Shown piece by piece: positions 38,201 through 52,672 of a stretch of DNA of 64,000 nucleotides. The stretch is from Octopus sinensis (lineage: Eukaryota). Made by a program: the position numbers and the translations under genes. The notes under the pieces are model-generated. The model made no database searches, was not told where the DNA came from, and saw nothing but the letters and a program-made list of their open reading frames with translations. Location of the stretch: contig NC_042997.1 in NCBI RefSeq assembly GCF_006345805.1, forward strand, positions 90,954,001 through 91,018,000. The letters are read 5' to 3'. Position 1 is the first letter of the stretch, and every line of letters begins with the position of its first letter.

Positions 38201-38556
38201 TAGGAAGATGACAACTGCAGAGAAGCACTTCAGAGAGAGCATTCAAGTTTTTAGGTGGTAAGCTTATTTCATTGCTCTACATGCACTTGGGGCCCCTTTA
38301 GTAGAGTCCACTCTGTTTTCCTCTCACCAGTGCCTGAAAAAGGCCATGGTCACTGCCCTTCTGCTTCTGACTAAGCCATTAAAATAAGTAAGGAAAAGCT
38401 TCATCATGAAATCAAATCTGAGATAAAAGCTGGAATACACTAATAGCTTACTTTTATTATACAATACTTGTATTTTACAAGATGAAAATTCCCTGCAGTG
38501 TCACAAGTCTACAAACTTATAAGAGTAGCATATAATTGATTAAATCAAACCATATG

Positions 38557-38775
38557 TGAGGGGTGCTGAAATGTTCCTGGCTGTGGGTAAGAAAAAAAAA
38601 TACAGGAGGATCAGTTAATTATGATTTTAATCAACATATCCCCCTCTCAGATTCACACATTTACTGCAGCAATCTATCAGTTTTTCTAAGCACTGTGAAA
38701 GAACTTGGAAGGTTGAGACTCCAACCAAGTCATTTGTGATACCCTTAAAGCCAGGAACTTTTCAGCATTCCCTCA
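38557..38775. mobile_element. Mariner-derived MITE
   Basis: TIRs TGAGGGGTGCTGAAATGTTCCTGG / CCAGGAACTTTTCAGCATTCCCTCA|TA. Confidence 0.8.
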
Positions 38776-41700
38776 TAGACTAGGTCTTTCCTATTTCTCC
38801 TGTGAAGAGAAATAGGGCAACATGACTCTAGATGGATTTCAAAACAGAAATTAAAGAGGTGGAAGTAAATATTTAAAAAAAATTATCCAGCTAAAAATTT
38901 CAGAGCGCTTTTTCAAAGACTACTTAATTTTATTCCTTATTCACAAAGAAAGAATAAGCTGTTATATCTTTACTTACAAGGCAATACAATCTTACCCAAA
39001 ACTTGTGTCTGAAAGACCTTAATGTTGAAATACAATAATACATTGTTCCTTTGAAAAGATCAGATTTAGCTCATTTTCTCAAAGGTATCAAACAACTATG
39101 CTGCTACAAGGATTAATTCTAAGTTAACAAAATAATCTAAATCTGATATTCAAAGACAGATCAACTGACAAATTCCTTTCCATTTTCATAAATTCGATTA
39201 CTAGGAAAACAAATTAAAATTTCTTAATGCAATGCAGGATAGGCAGAATATATTCTATATAAATAATACGGCAGTGAATAGATGGTGTTGACTTTTTCTC
39301 TTAAGTTGACATTATGGAGTTATTCCCTCCCAGCATCAAACGAAAAAGAACTACACCAAGTCATCCTTCAGCACATACCAGTTTGATTGACATTTATTAT
39401 TTCTCTCATTAGTGGAAATGTTTATAAAATATTTTCAAATGTCTTTAGAATGATTAAGAAGGAAAATAATATTTCATATTGTGTACAACATGACCTGAGA
39501 GGTCAAAATATTTTACTACTGATTAAATGGTCAGGACTTTGAACTTGCTATCAAATACTTTGTGGAGTGGAGTTGATTAGCCTTAGGAAGAATAGCTGAA
39601 ATTACAGAACCATTCAACAAAAACTGTGGACTAGATGAAAACAAACATTAAATTATTTTAGAATTTTATTATGTCTAGTTGATTGAGAGTTTAGATCTTG
39701 AAACGTACAAAGACAAAACTAAAAACAGGCATACTCAACTTACATCATTTTGAGTTATGCTTTATTTTTTAATTTTTTTATAGACCTCAACTTCAGTCGA
39801 TTTTCCCGACATCAGCCTCAACGAATATGTTTAATGGCATAGAAATTCTGTATTAAAACACCTAAAACCCAATACTAAAGTGGAAAATCAAATAAAATAC
39901 ATGCATAAAGATGTACAAACCATTTATTAAAACAGATATAAACTAAAAAAATGTTTTAAAATGATTTTCAGTGTTAAGTTGTATGTCGTGGAACTAATTA
40001 CTGATGCAAGTTGAGGTATACCTACCTGTACCACAGGGTATTTATACCAATACAACAAAATACATGAGCGAGTTGAAAAGTTCATAGGCTGACTGTGAAG
40101 GAGTGATGTTAGAGCTGTGAAATCTTGCATGCATTGATTACAACCCTTCTTATCGCAAAAGTATTAGCACAGAAAGTGAATTGAAATAAGACCATTACCC
40201 AATGGATTGATATCAGTATACTATTTGTATTTAGGTAGTCAGCCAACGACAAAGTTTGAAGTTATTACATAGACACAAAGCCAGAAATTTGAATATGAAA
40301 AACCTGCAGCAGATTTGAACTCATAAGCTATTTTTAAGTAGTGATGGTTCAGTAATTTTCCACTTGGCCAAATCACTTGTACAAATTTACCCACATGTAT
40401 ATATTTTAGTAAACTATGACAGAAAAGGTACAATAGATGAGAGTGTTTATATCAATAGTTTTTACCTTATTAAATAAGAATGCCTTTTCAGAAATATTGA
40501 TGACAATAAAGTTACCTTACTGTAGAGAAGAAACACTATAATTTTTTTTCCATTTCAGGCAATAAGAAAACAAAAAAACATACAATACAGAATACTTCCA
40601 AATTTTGAATTAACAGTTAAAATTTTTGATGGGAATATATTAGACAAATCACAAGTCTCTTCAGGGAGATGGCCCTGCTTGATATGGTAGAAACTCATAA
40701 GTTAGAGGTTTTATGTTGGAAAAAAAAAATGAAGTTCAGTAAAATCAATATCTGGAGGTGAGCTATAAAATAAAATATTTTCATTTGGACAGGGCCCTTT
40801 CATTTTCAAATCAACTACATAATGTAAAACTGGGTAAATTTTACTAATGCTTTCTCAATGTGGCTAATGCAATTAGCAATGAAACAGAAAATGGGGGAAC
40901 TGATCAATCTCATAATGTTTAAGTAATATGTATTAGCAACTTGTACAAGCAACAATTTGTATTAGTCCATTTCCTTTTCTCTCTCTCTCTCTCTTTTTTT
41001 TTTTTTTGCATAATTTAGGAGCTATTAATTCATACTCACAAAGAATACTTTGTTTCATTGGTAAGTAGTGTTTGTTTCTCATCTTCTGTAGTGCAAGACA
41101 TTATTACTTTGTAGAGATGAAATCAATGTGAAAATGTAGTAAAAATGACTTCAATTTCTTGTCCTCAAAGCTTTCTTAAAAACTAACTTCAACGAACTAT
41201 CAAATTACTTCACTTATAAATTATAAAAATCTAGCCAACTAACAATGATGCCTTCTTTAAGATATTAATGACCTGTCACAGATATCATACTATACATATC
41301 AATAGGCAAGAAACAATAATAATTTAAAAAATGGTAACAATTCAAGCAAAATACATTATATATTATTGGGACTTAGGCAGTAACAATTCAAACAAAATAT
41401 ATTTCTAGACTTTGGACATGAAACATCAAACAAACAGTAAAAATGAAATAAATAATACTGAATAAATTACAAATTCACCAGTTTGAATATTTCAAAGTTT
41501 AACAACGTCTTAGTACAATGATTCAACAAACTATGGGAGGCTATTTAGATGTAACCACAGAAATATGATTCCATTAGAACTATTTTATTATAAAACTAAT
41601 AAAATGGATGACCAAGAGCTGGAGCACTAAAATTACATATATTAAAGCTTTACCTCATCTTTAAGAGATGAAATTCATTTTTTTCCCCAAAATTCTCTGC

Positions 41701-42037
41701 ATCTATACTGATCTTGATTAGTTTGATTTCCAATGTCTTATTCTTAGATGTGTCTATAGTACCAGACATAGTTCAAACTGGAAACCTTTATTTATCTTTT
41801 ACTTCAGTCATTGGACAGCAGCCATACTCGGGCATCATCTGGAAGAGTTTTAGTTGAACAAATCAATCCCAAGTTTTATTTTTTTTTAAAGCCTGGTACT
41901 TATTTTATCAGTCTCTCTTGCCAAACTGCGAAGTTTTGGGGATATAACCAAACCAAGAATGGTTGTCATGCAGTGGTATGGGACAACCACAAAACACAGA
42001 CACATACTCCCCCCACACACACACGAGATTTCTTTAA

Positions 42038-42257
42038 CCCTTTTGTTACTAACCCGGCCAAAACCGGCTCTGGCTATGTGGTAAAATGTCTTGTTTTCAT
42101 AAGTTTTGAATTAAAATATTCCACCAAGCCTTAGTCACAATTTACATTCCTAACACTAGCTTAATGATAACTAAGTTATTTTACTAAATTTTTTGTTATA
42201 TTTAAAATAATTGAAAGAAACACAGAGCATCTCAAAATAAATACAGTAATGAAAGGG
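42038..42257. mobile_element. piggyBac-type MITE nested in a SINE
   Basis: TTAA|CCCTTTTGTTACT...CAGTAATGAAAGGG|TTAA: TTAA TSD with short imperfect TIRs. Confidence 0.8.
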
Positions 42258-43724
42258 TTAAGTTCCCATCTACCAAATCCACTCACAAGACTTTGGTTGA
42301 CCTGGGGCAATAGCAGAGGACATTTGCCCAGGGCACTATGCAGTAGGACTGAACCTGGAACCATGTGGTTGAGAAGCAAACTACCTATCACTCAACCACA
42401 CCTACCTAAACTATTTTATCTACACTGACTATTAATATTGTTTAGAATTTAAATATGTCTAGGAACATTGTATTTTAATGCTATTGTTAAGAATTCGTAA
42501 TGCTTCAAAAGCTAAATGGCATAAAAAAATTAAAAAATACTAAACTGAAAATTTAAATGAGAATTTGAAAATTTTTTTACAATTGAACAATGTTGCATTA
42601 TACAAATATATAAATATTTCAATAATGTATTCTTTTATTCCTTCATTTCAGTTGTTTGACTGTGGCCATGCTGGAGCACCGCCTTAGTCGAACAAATCAA
42701 CCCCAAGACTTATTTTTTGTAAGCCTGGTACTTATTCTATCGGTGTCTTTTGCCGAACTGCTAAGTTACGGGGACATAAACACACCAGCATCAGTTGTCA
42801 AGCAATGGTGGGGGGACAAATGCAGACACAAACATATACATACACACATATATGTGATGGGCTTCTTCCAGTCTCCGTCTACTAAATCCACTCACAAGGC
42901 TTTGGTCATCCTGAGGCTATAGTAGAAGACACTTGTCTAAAGTGTCACACTGTGGGACTGAATCTGGAACCATGGGGTCGGGAAGCAAGCTTCTTACCAC
43001 ACAGCCATGTCTGCGCCTCTATGTAAAAAAATTCTTTACATCAAACATCCCTTAAACTTTTATTCCATAGTGATCATAACCTTTTTTTGTAGCCCCTCTC
43101 TCACTGTTATGCCTAGTGTCCCCTTCCCCTCAAGTAGTTACTCTTTCAAGCATCCCACTTAAGTGGCAAATAAAGTATCACGACTAACGTAACATGGAAT
43201 GATAATTTATAAATTTTATTCTAAAAATGGACTGTATAAGATTTTAACTGTGAATTGATAGAAAAATTTATGAAGACAAGAGTTGTTAAATAACTTCATA
43301 CATTGCAAGTTAATGATTTCTTTGTGCCTGATGAGATCTCATATTTTAATAACCACTACTAGTTTTATCATGTATAATATAATTACTGCTATAGGTAAAA
43401 TTTAGTATGTTATCCCACTGCCCCCAAAGTCTAATGCTCCCTTTGATATGCTCAGCAACCCTTGATTTAGGGAAACAGGACAAATCTCTTCAAAGAACAA
43501 TTTATTAATTAGGTAAAATGATTCATATTTCTTCTAAGTGTTGAGATGCAACATTGGCAACGGAACAATAAAAAACTATAAAGGGAGAACCCTGGCATAA
43601 TTTAAGGATTTATTAACTAATTCTAAGTTTTCCATATTGACAGCTTGTGACATGGGTTAATTATATTTAGATGAGATGCATGAGTACATACACACATATA
43701 TATGCATACACACGCACACACTTA

Positions 43725-43916
43725 TGGGGGTGCTGAAAAGTTCCTGGCTTTAAGAGTATTGCGAAAGGCTTGGTTGGAGACCCAACCTTCCAAGTTCTTA
43801 GTAAAACTGAAGGACTGCTGTAATAAGTGTGTGAATCCGAGAGGGAAATATGTTGAATAAAAATCATAATCTTGTATTTTCTTTTATCCATACCCAGGAA
43901 CTTTTCAGCACCCTTG
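43725..43916. mobile_element. Mariner-derived MITE, same family as 38557-38775, opposite orientation
   Basis: TA|TGGGGGTGCTGAAAAGTTCCTGG...CCAGGAACTTTTCAGCACCCTTG|TA; the internal sequence is the reverse complement of the other copy. Confidence 0.8.
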
Positions 43917-44263
43917 TATAAACACAAACACTTGCATACACATCTACACTTATACACAGGTGTATTGCAAATGTGTATATTTAATACATTATAAATGGAA
44001 ACTCAATACTATCAACCACAGGAAAAATATTCAGTGAACACAAACTGAACAAAATTTGTATACTGTGAAGTATGTATGTTTCACAGTAACAGCTGTTATA
44101 TATAGGACACGTCAAAATGATATTTATATTATATGTGAATACAGTGTATGCTATACTGTTATTGACAAAAATATATTACTTTTGGTAAATAAGCTTTGAT
44201 CAGAACATTGCCCAGCAATATATGATGTGTTGTAACAAGTCAGTATCAAATATATGGAAAATA

Positions 44264-45442
44264 TGAGGATGGATTGAAAAGTTCATCAGCTGATTATGAA
44301 AGACTGATGCTAGAGGTGTGAAATTTTTACATGCATTAATTTCAATCCTTCTTATTAACAACTCATTGTTTCTTTACAGGTAAACTGATGTCTGACTATT
44401 CAAAGAAGATTTCAAAAGTAACTAGTAGCAACTTCTCTTGAAAGTGGATAGAATTTGGCTCTGTGGTGTTATCAAGTACCTGCAGGTAAAGGGTTTAACC
44501 CCACAAGAACATTCATGTTGACATGGTTGCTACATTAGAGGATGACACTAAAAGTGCAAAAGTGGGCAGCTGAATTTAGGGAAGGAAAGGAGCCAACATC
44601 TGGACATCCTGCAACTGCCACCACCAAGGAAAACATTGATCATGTTCACCACACAGTGATGGATGACAGGCATTTAACTATAAATCAAATAGTGAAAGGT
44701 ATTTGCATATCCCATGGGAGAGTTGAGAATATTTTGCACAATGAACTTGTCATGATGAAGATTTCTGCTCGGTGGGTGCCACATCTGACACCTGATCAAA
44801 AGTGCTCCAGGCTGATCACACCATGGGAAAATTTGACATTGTTTCAGACAGATCCAACAGGTTTCCTTGAACATTTCCTAATCCAGGATGAATGTTGGGT
44901 CCATCACTTTCAGTCAGAGACAAAGAGACAATCCATGCAATAGAAACACCCTCCTCACCTGCTCCAAAGAAGGACATGGTCATTTCATCTGCAGGGAAGG
45001 TGGTGATCTCAGTTTTTTGGGATGCAAAAGGCATTGTGATTGTTGACTAACTTGAAAAGGCCTACACCATCAATGGAGAGTACTATGCCAACTTGCTGAG
45101 GCAGTTACAAATACCTATCAACACCAAATGCCTAGGAAATCTGATGAAAGGGGTCTTGCTTCATCAGGTCAATGCTCCAGCACACAAGTCTGTTGGTTTC
45201 AATGGCTGCTGAGCATGACTGTGGCTTTGAACTGATTAATCACCCTCCACATCTGACTATTATCTGTTCCCCAATAAGAAAAAACACTTGGCTGGGAACC
45301 AATATCATAGTGATGATGACATGATATCTGCTGTTGATGACTTTTTAGACCAACAGGATGAAAGCTTCTTCACCAATGAGATCCATTTGGTCATATTCCA
45401 TGAGTATCTTGGTCAGCCTATGAACTTTTCAGCCAGCCCTCA
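44264..45442 (+). mobile_element. Near full-length defective mariner transposon
   Basis: TA-flanked TIRs (TGAGGATGGATTGAAAAGTTCAT / ATGAACTTTTCAGCCAGCCCTCA). Transposase motifs ARWVPH, DECWVHH, SAGKVVISVFWDAKGI and LLHQVNAPAH, with stops and frameshifts. Confidence 0.92.
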
Positions 45443-46899
45443 TACATTATGCTGATGCATTTATCAACTACCAGTGTCAAATCAGTTTCTTTTAAAATGC
45501 CATTGTTTGTGACAAACTGCTTGTCAACAACAACAACAACAATAAACTTTGACATGTAAGTTTCTTTATTGCCCACAATAAAGAAAGGTCACTGGCCACA
45601 AATCACATCCAAACATCTTAAGTCAAGCTAAATAAAATTGTAGTTGTGGCCAGTGTTGGTGACACGTGAAAGGCACCAGTGCCAGTGACACGCAAAAGAC
45701 ACCCACGCCGGCGACATGCAAAAGGTGCCGGCGACACGCAAAAGGTACTCATGCCGGCGACATGTAAAGAACACTCAGTACACTGAGAAGTGGTTGGTGT
45801 TAAGAAGGGCATCCAGCCATAGAAACCAAGCCAAGACAGACTGGAACCTGATGCAACTCTCTGCTCCAGTCAAACTGTCTTACCCATGCCAGCATGGAAA
45901 ACAGATGCTAGATGATGATGATAAAATTGTTGAAATTTATGAGTTTAAAGTTCATAGATTATTCAATATTTGAGTGATGTATGAATTGTTAAATTTTTTA
46001 GTCACTAAATTACAAAACAATGTTATATGCATTTTTGAGCCAGACATATATTGTCTCAATGTAGCTAAATATAGAAAAATAAATGTAAATCTTAGTATAC
46101 AACACTGAGATTATGTGATTGCTTAAAATGGGCTGCTAGCCAAATGAGAACAAAGGCCAAGCTTAACATCATGAAGAGCAATGTTTAGAAAGCTTGAGGC
46201 CAGTTTGTGCATCCATATAAGAATTCAGATCAGTTGTGGGCAAACTATGGTCTACAGGACTTACTGAGTAGCATGCCTTAACAAAAATTACCTTGAATTT
46301 TGTTTTAGTAGTGTGGCTCATCTGATGATGAGCCATATTTCATGCAGCCTGTGTCTTGAAAAACGATTGTCAATGCCTAATTTAGATAGATGATTTACTG
46401 GTCAGGAAATTTTAACAATAGTCTATTGTTAAAATCGGTAGAGGGATTCAACATAATAATAAATATATACAAATACAAAACAAGGATTTTAACAGAGTTT
46501 GAAATCATGACTTTGTGATCCTTAGTCCAGTACATATATCCACAATCTAGATATTTTTTTTTCTAATCAAGGCGCAAGGCCCTAAATTTTGGGGGAGTGG
46601 GCCAGTCGATTAGGTTGACCCCAGTATGCAACTGGTACTTATTTAATTGACCCCGAAAGGCGAAGTCAACCTTGGCAGAATTTGAACTCAGAAAGTAAAG
46701 ACAGAAAAGTACCATTTAGCATTTTGCCCAGCATGCTAATGTTTCTGCCAGCTCACCACCATCCACAATCTAGATATTGAAAACGACTGCTGGACACATG
46801 TTCCATTAATTTCCAGTGGGTGTTCACACTTGGAGAAGGAGTAACTTCATGTTTGTTTGTTTAGCCTCAGTTCAGCCTTGACTGAGCAGACCTATGATC

Positions 46900-47320
46900 A
46901 AAAATACTCTAGTCATGAACATCATATATTTCAAATATCTCCTTCGTGTAAAACCACCAATAGAAGAGAATATGACCAAAGATTGCGTGTACTCCAGCAC
47001 ATGCAGCTGTGGTAGGTTATACAAAGACAAAACATGCTGCCTCCTCAAAAAGAAAGTAGACGAACATTGCAAATCTGTGACACGAGGAGCTATTGATAAA
47101 TTGGGTATAGCTGATCATGTATGGAAAAATGGAGACCACCTCCCCCTGTGAGATGAAGTTAAAATAATAGACAGAGAGCATCACTGGAAAATACGAAAAC
47201 TAAAAGCAGCAGCACATATGCCAGGACACAACAACCTCCTAAGCAGACCAAGTGCGGATATGAGCAGCATATGGGAACCGGTATTTAGCAAGGATAGAAA
47301 AATATTAGATGTATAAGCCC
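46900..47320 (+). mobile_element. Degenerate Penelope/Poseidon-type GIY-YIG endonuclease fragment
   Basis: CVYSSTCSCGRLY..KT...KVDEH....GIADHVWKNGDHLPL*DEVKIIDREHHWKIRKLK; a different PLE subtype from the element at 33.4 kb. Confidence 0.75.
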
Positions 47321-47459
47321 TAAAATTCACTCCATAATTACCCACAGGCATATGGCGTAGTGGTTAAGAGCGTGGGCTACCAACCCCAAGATTCCGAGTT
47401 CAATTCCAAGCAGTGACCTGAACAATAACAATAATAATAATAATAATAGTTGAACTTCT

Positions 47460-48270
47460 GAGTGCTTTCACAAATGGAAAAGAAAGAGAAACCAATAGCA
47501 CAATATTTGGATTTCAAAAGGATTCTATGGTCCTATCTTATTATCCGAAGAAAGATTATGTAGTCACACTTATGAGTACAATGCACTCTCAGCCTTCAAT
47601 TGATTCAAAAAGTGCTGAAAAGAAACCAGAAATTATTACATGTTACAACAAATCAAAAGGAGGAGGAGATACCCTAGACAAGATGGTAAGGACATACACT
47701 TGCAAAAGAATGACTTGAAGATAGCCTATGGTTATATTCTACAACATGATTGATATAAGTGCAGTGAATGCTTTCATTGTTGCTAAACAGCTTCACTTGC
47801 AAAGTTTCAAGGATAAAAGAAGACAGTACCTAATTCAGTTAGGAAAGGAACTTGCCGGAGTTAATGCTCAACAAGAATATGACAAATAATCTTCTAGTTC
47901 TGCTAACATTTCTTGGCAAAACAAGAAAAGAAGGCAATCTTCAACCTCAAAAGGAAGATGTTTTTTGTGTGGCCCCAAAAAAGACAGGAAAACTCGTACT
48001 ACATGTAAGAATTGTAATATCCATGTTTGCCAAGAACATTCCAATGCTGTCTGCATTGACTGCCATGAAGAGCTGTAATTCTGTACTTTTGTAGTTTTTT
48101 AAATTTATAATATATTCTGTAAGTTGTATTTTTTAATTAAAATTTTGAGAAACAATAATCCTTCATTCACCTGATAATATATATAATGTAGCTAAGAAAT
48201 AGTGGTAGCTTGAATAAATTTTAAATAAAAGAAAAATATTGGGTCCATTGGACCCAGTTGGTAATTAGTG
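47460..48270 (+). mobile_element. piggyBac transposase 3' fragment
   Basis: KKPEIITCYNKSKGGGDTLDKMVRTYTCKR, PMVIFYNMIDISAVNAFIV, and Cys-rich C-terminus RCFLC..CKNC..VCQEH..CIDC. Subterminal palindrome GGGTCCATTGGACCC at 48241-48255. Confidence 0.88.
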
Positions 48271-49899
48271 ACATACATTTTCTCTAATAGACCAAGGCTT
48301 AAGTAACTATGTAAAGGCTCCCATAATGTCGAGTTGTTCAGAGTAAAAATAGAAGTAAAACAGATTGAAGTCAATGATACTTATACACAGACACACATAT
48401 AATGATATTGACTAATTGATTATTGAATGTGATCATTACGGGAAATTGTATGACACACATTGCAATCCACAAAGATACTATTTAAAAAATATGTGAAAAT
48501 ATGATGTGGTTTGGAAATCAAAGTCATGGTGAGACATAATACTTTAATAGAAAATGAATAGCTGGAACATGTGATAACTACAAGATTGGACTAAACATAA
48601 CCATTGAAACAATGAAATTATTATGGATAAAGAACAAGCCTCTCGGAGTGCAATGACTGTCAAAAAATTATCAGACAAAGTTTGTAGCCAGAGGCTGTGA
48701 AATCACAAATAATCTCACCAGGAAGAAATTCTGCAATAATCAATGGAAAAGGTGTGATCATTAGATAAACTCATTTTAGCAAGTTTGGAGTTAATTGGTT
48801 CTCCATTAAACACAGCCTAAGATTAAAAGTGCTTTCTTCACATTGGAAATAAATAATGTAGGAGGACAATCTCAGTTGTTGGATCAATAAAAAACAACAT
48901 TTAAAAAAGAAACAAGAGATGAACAGAAACATGTAGGATATCAAATAATTAGGTATAAAATCAGACCGCAGAAAACTGAAGTGGGAATCAGGAATATCTT
49001 TAAAAAATGTGTGTGTGTGTGTATTTATGACACACAAGGCAAGAATCTTTTCTATAACTTTGGTGGACTTTGCTTTATGAAGACATCTGTCAAACAGAAA
49101 CTGGGCAGAAACATGTACACACACACACGTGTGTGTGTGTTAGTTTGAGTATAATGATTGCAGAGGCACAGTCATGTAATTAAGAAGTTTATTTCACAAC
49201 CATATGCTTTTGGGTTTAATCTTACTGCATGTTATTTTGGGCAAGTATCTAATAAAGCCTTGTGTTGGCCCATATGAAGGAAATATGTACAGATAAAAAT
49301 CATGTGGAAAGCCCTCAAAAGGACTGTGTTTATATCTAAAAGGCTCAGCTTTGATATACATTGTCACCCTGATGCTACTGAGAAGGGTACATGTGTCTCT
49401 GAAATATGCAGCCAGTATAATTTAATGAGTAGGTAATTCAGTAGATTAAAGAACTTGAAAAGTCATTAAGATTTGATGGAAAATCCAGTAACATTTACTG
49501 GTGTTGAGGTGCATCCATATATCAAGAAGTAATTTAGTAATTTTACAAACAGCACTCAATGAAAAAAGCACTGGTGGCAATTTTTGTGACTAAAACTCTT
49601 GAAGATTCAGAATGTATTTAAAATTATCTGATATTTATGGCACTCTTCTGTACAACTCAGTGTAGGAGCTGAGTTTATTGTAAATTCCACTCGTAATTTT
49701 TATACTGCATTCATGATTAAGGTTATCAGTAAAAACTTGCAGACCTTCCTTTATAATGCCAACCCTTTAACATATTCTTTGCAAGTGGAGGTAATGGAAT
49801 TTCCATTCCACATCTGCATTTTCAGTTGTATTCTAACAGTATCAGCTCCTCATTAGATAAAAATTCTCTATGACACAAGCAGTTCAACCCCATCAATCT

Positions 49900-50760
49900 C
49901 TATGACTCCTTCAAACCTTACATCATTTGCGAGTATTACAAAAGCTTTCCACTATTGATGTGGAAAACTTGTAAAGTTACAGACACAATCCAGTCATATA
50001 TTTTTCCAAGTAGCATTCATAGTTGAGGAATTCACTTTATCCCATGATACAACTATGTTATCCACAGCATCTATCATGTAAAATTTCTTCCAGAAGTTTC
50101 TCCCTGTAGGTTTATCTTCCCTATCAATTGCTTTCAGAAGTTGTTTGTAAGTTTTTCTCAGATAATATGCCTAGAAATCCGCTACCACACTTTGATCCAT
50201 TGGCTGGATCAAAGAAGTTGTATTTTGGGGGAAATATTCTACTCTTACATTAACAGAAAGCTCATTTAAAGTTCACTGAGTTGCTTAATGCATTGTATAA
50301 ATTGAGCAATGCTTTGTTGGAAATATGTTTGGCATTGGGTTTTTTTTTACAGCAGGACAAAAATTACTCTTTGGAAAGGCTCTTAGTAATCCATCAGATG
50401 ATTTTTGGAATTTTGGAATTCTGATGAGGACTTTTCTTCTTGGGGAAAATAATAGTAGTTTCATCAAGATTATATATTTGCTTTGGTGTGTAACCTCCTC
50501 CAGCAATCATGTTCTCAGTATAATTAATAGCAGTCTTTGTATTAGCACTGATAGCTTCATTAATCAATTTCAAGTTTTGCAAATTCAAGTGCTTCTTAAA
50601 CCTTTCAAAACCAGCCTTTATTAATCTGGAAAACATTTTTATTTCTTTCTGAAAATCATCATACAAACTTGGCATTTTTTTTTTATTTATCATAGAACAC
50701 AATGTGTTGAATCTGATCTTTGATCCATACACATCTATGAAAAATAAGGGCCAAGCAGTT
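49900..50760 (-). mobile_element. Tigger/pogo DDE transposase relic
   Basis: GFERFKK..., YTPKQIYNLDET and VEYFPQNTTSLIQPMDQSVV..F motifs, with stops. Confidence 0.85.
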
Positions 50761-52590
50761 AAATTAATTTCTTAAGCACTTGATTTAATATTCTCCCTAT
50801 TGTCATGTATTGTTCCCACATTACAAGCTTTAATGTTTTGGCAATGTGGTTTTGAACTAAGTAGAAAGAGAAAACCAGGGAAGACAGAAAAAAAGCAGTG
50901 AAGGTTGCTCTGAAGATGCTGAATATTACAAAAGAAATGATAAGGCACAGTAACGAATAACAGTATGTATTAGAGCAGGTTTATCTAACTCATGCAAGCA
51001 TAATGGTGATAAATGTATACATGCATAACTTGTTTTGTTTCCTCTGTGAATTTAACAACCAAAATCATGGAAAAAAATTGTTGCTCGGTTCTCTCTAGAA
51101 TTTCTTACTTAACTTTGAATCTCCCCGTAACACTCATTGCTTGCTTTAGCATATACAAAACAAAGTAAATCAGTCTGTTCACTTTTGCCTTCTATTGTAT
51201 AATAATTTTGTAATTTCTTAAAGTACATATTTAAAAAAAAATTAATTCAGTTATTATTCCACCATGTCATATAAGTGTAAAGCAATATCATTAGATATCA
51301 AACTAAAGATTATAAGAGATGCAACATGGAATTTTGTCAGTGAACAGGTCGCAGTCTCAAAGCAACGCAAATATTTTGCCAAATTAAATTTAAATGTTGA
51401 AGTGAATCTAATGGTTTTTGTCTGTTTTTAAATGGCTTATAACCACCTTCCACACTGCAATTGTTAAAGATTATAAACAGATTGGAAAAGAAGTGTTTGT
51501 TGTGACATCACTGTCAAAAAAAACTTAATGAATCAAACATAAAAGTTGCTTGAGGAAAATATTAGGTGCTTGGGTAGTTGATATGCCACAGTATACTTGT
51601 CACCCTACAAAGCCTTACAAAATTTATGTAAGCAGTTGAAACGAAAAGTTGAGTAAATCATTCAACTATATAATTGTTACTTCTCCAGGATAGTTTGAAA
51701 ATTCAAGGAACAATTTAATTTTCATAGCATTCGAATGATATGAGAATTGCAAGTATCATGATAGTCCTCTGAAGCCAAGACAAAACTACCAGTCTTCACT
51801 GGCTGTTGTTTTGCATTTTTTGAATAGAAATGCATATTTTTAAATATGTACATAGAGAACCAGGAAATTCAATCTTGATAGCCTAATAGGCTTACTAAAA
51901 ATAATTGATAGCTTTCATTACCTATGTGAGTTAATCAGCAGTGAGAGAGAGTTGAAGCAAAAGCATAGAAACCTGAATTATAAAATGGCAGAAAATATTT
52001 AGCACAAAGATTTCCATCTGTGTAAGAAGAGCAGATTGTATGACGTTTGTGTGAGAAATGAAATATTGCACAGTAACAAGACATGGGCACTAAACGCAGA
52101 TGTGTAAAAGCTGGAAAGGAACAAAATATGCACACAGCATACACTATGGAGAGAAAGAGAGAGAGACAGACAGAGAATGTGTAATCAGTGTAAAACATCT
52201 TTGAAATTGTTTTCAGATAGAGCATCTTTATAATGCTAGGATAAATCAGTAAAGATGCTTATTGCAATAATCGAGGAGGAATTATTTTTAGGTAAATTTT
52301 AAAGATATTCCTTAAGTGACAATTAAGGGTTTTGTTCATATCTATACACTACTCTAAAATGATGCCAGGAAAGGTATCAAGACCAAGGGCTGCAATACGA
52401 CAATACAAGAAAGACCAAGGGTGTTATGGCCAGTCTATCAGTGCCATTATGTATTGTACACCAGCAGAGCATTGATGATTACTACAATAAAAGTCTTCCC
52501 AATTAAGCACAAGTTCTCCGCTGTCCGACGAACGGGAACGTGAAACTCTGAGCAACATATTTTGTTATATTTCTGCTGCTTTTAAATAAA

Positions 52591-52640
<50 letters not shown>

Positions 52641-52672
52641 CAACTTGTACCTGGTTTTAGTATTTCAGGTCG

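Noticed and set aside
39379-39409. MREIINVNQT resembling a tubulin N-terminus, before a gtatgt donor
   Set aside because: Only four residues match, no further tubulin exons are present, and such a match is expected by chance.
46314-46335. Perfect 9-bp hairpin containing CTGATGA
   Set aside because: No downstream stem II-GAAA-stem III is present, and it is too short for a miRNA precursor.
47347-47420. tRNA-like sequence with A box (TGGCGTAGTGG) and B box (GAGTTCAATTCC)
   Set aside because: The acceptor stem does not pair and the sequence runs into an (AAT)n tail, so it is a tRNA-derived SINE head, not a tRNA gene.
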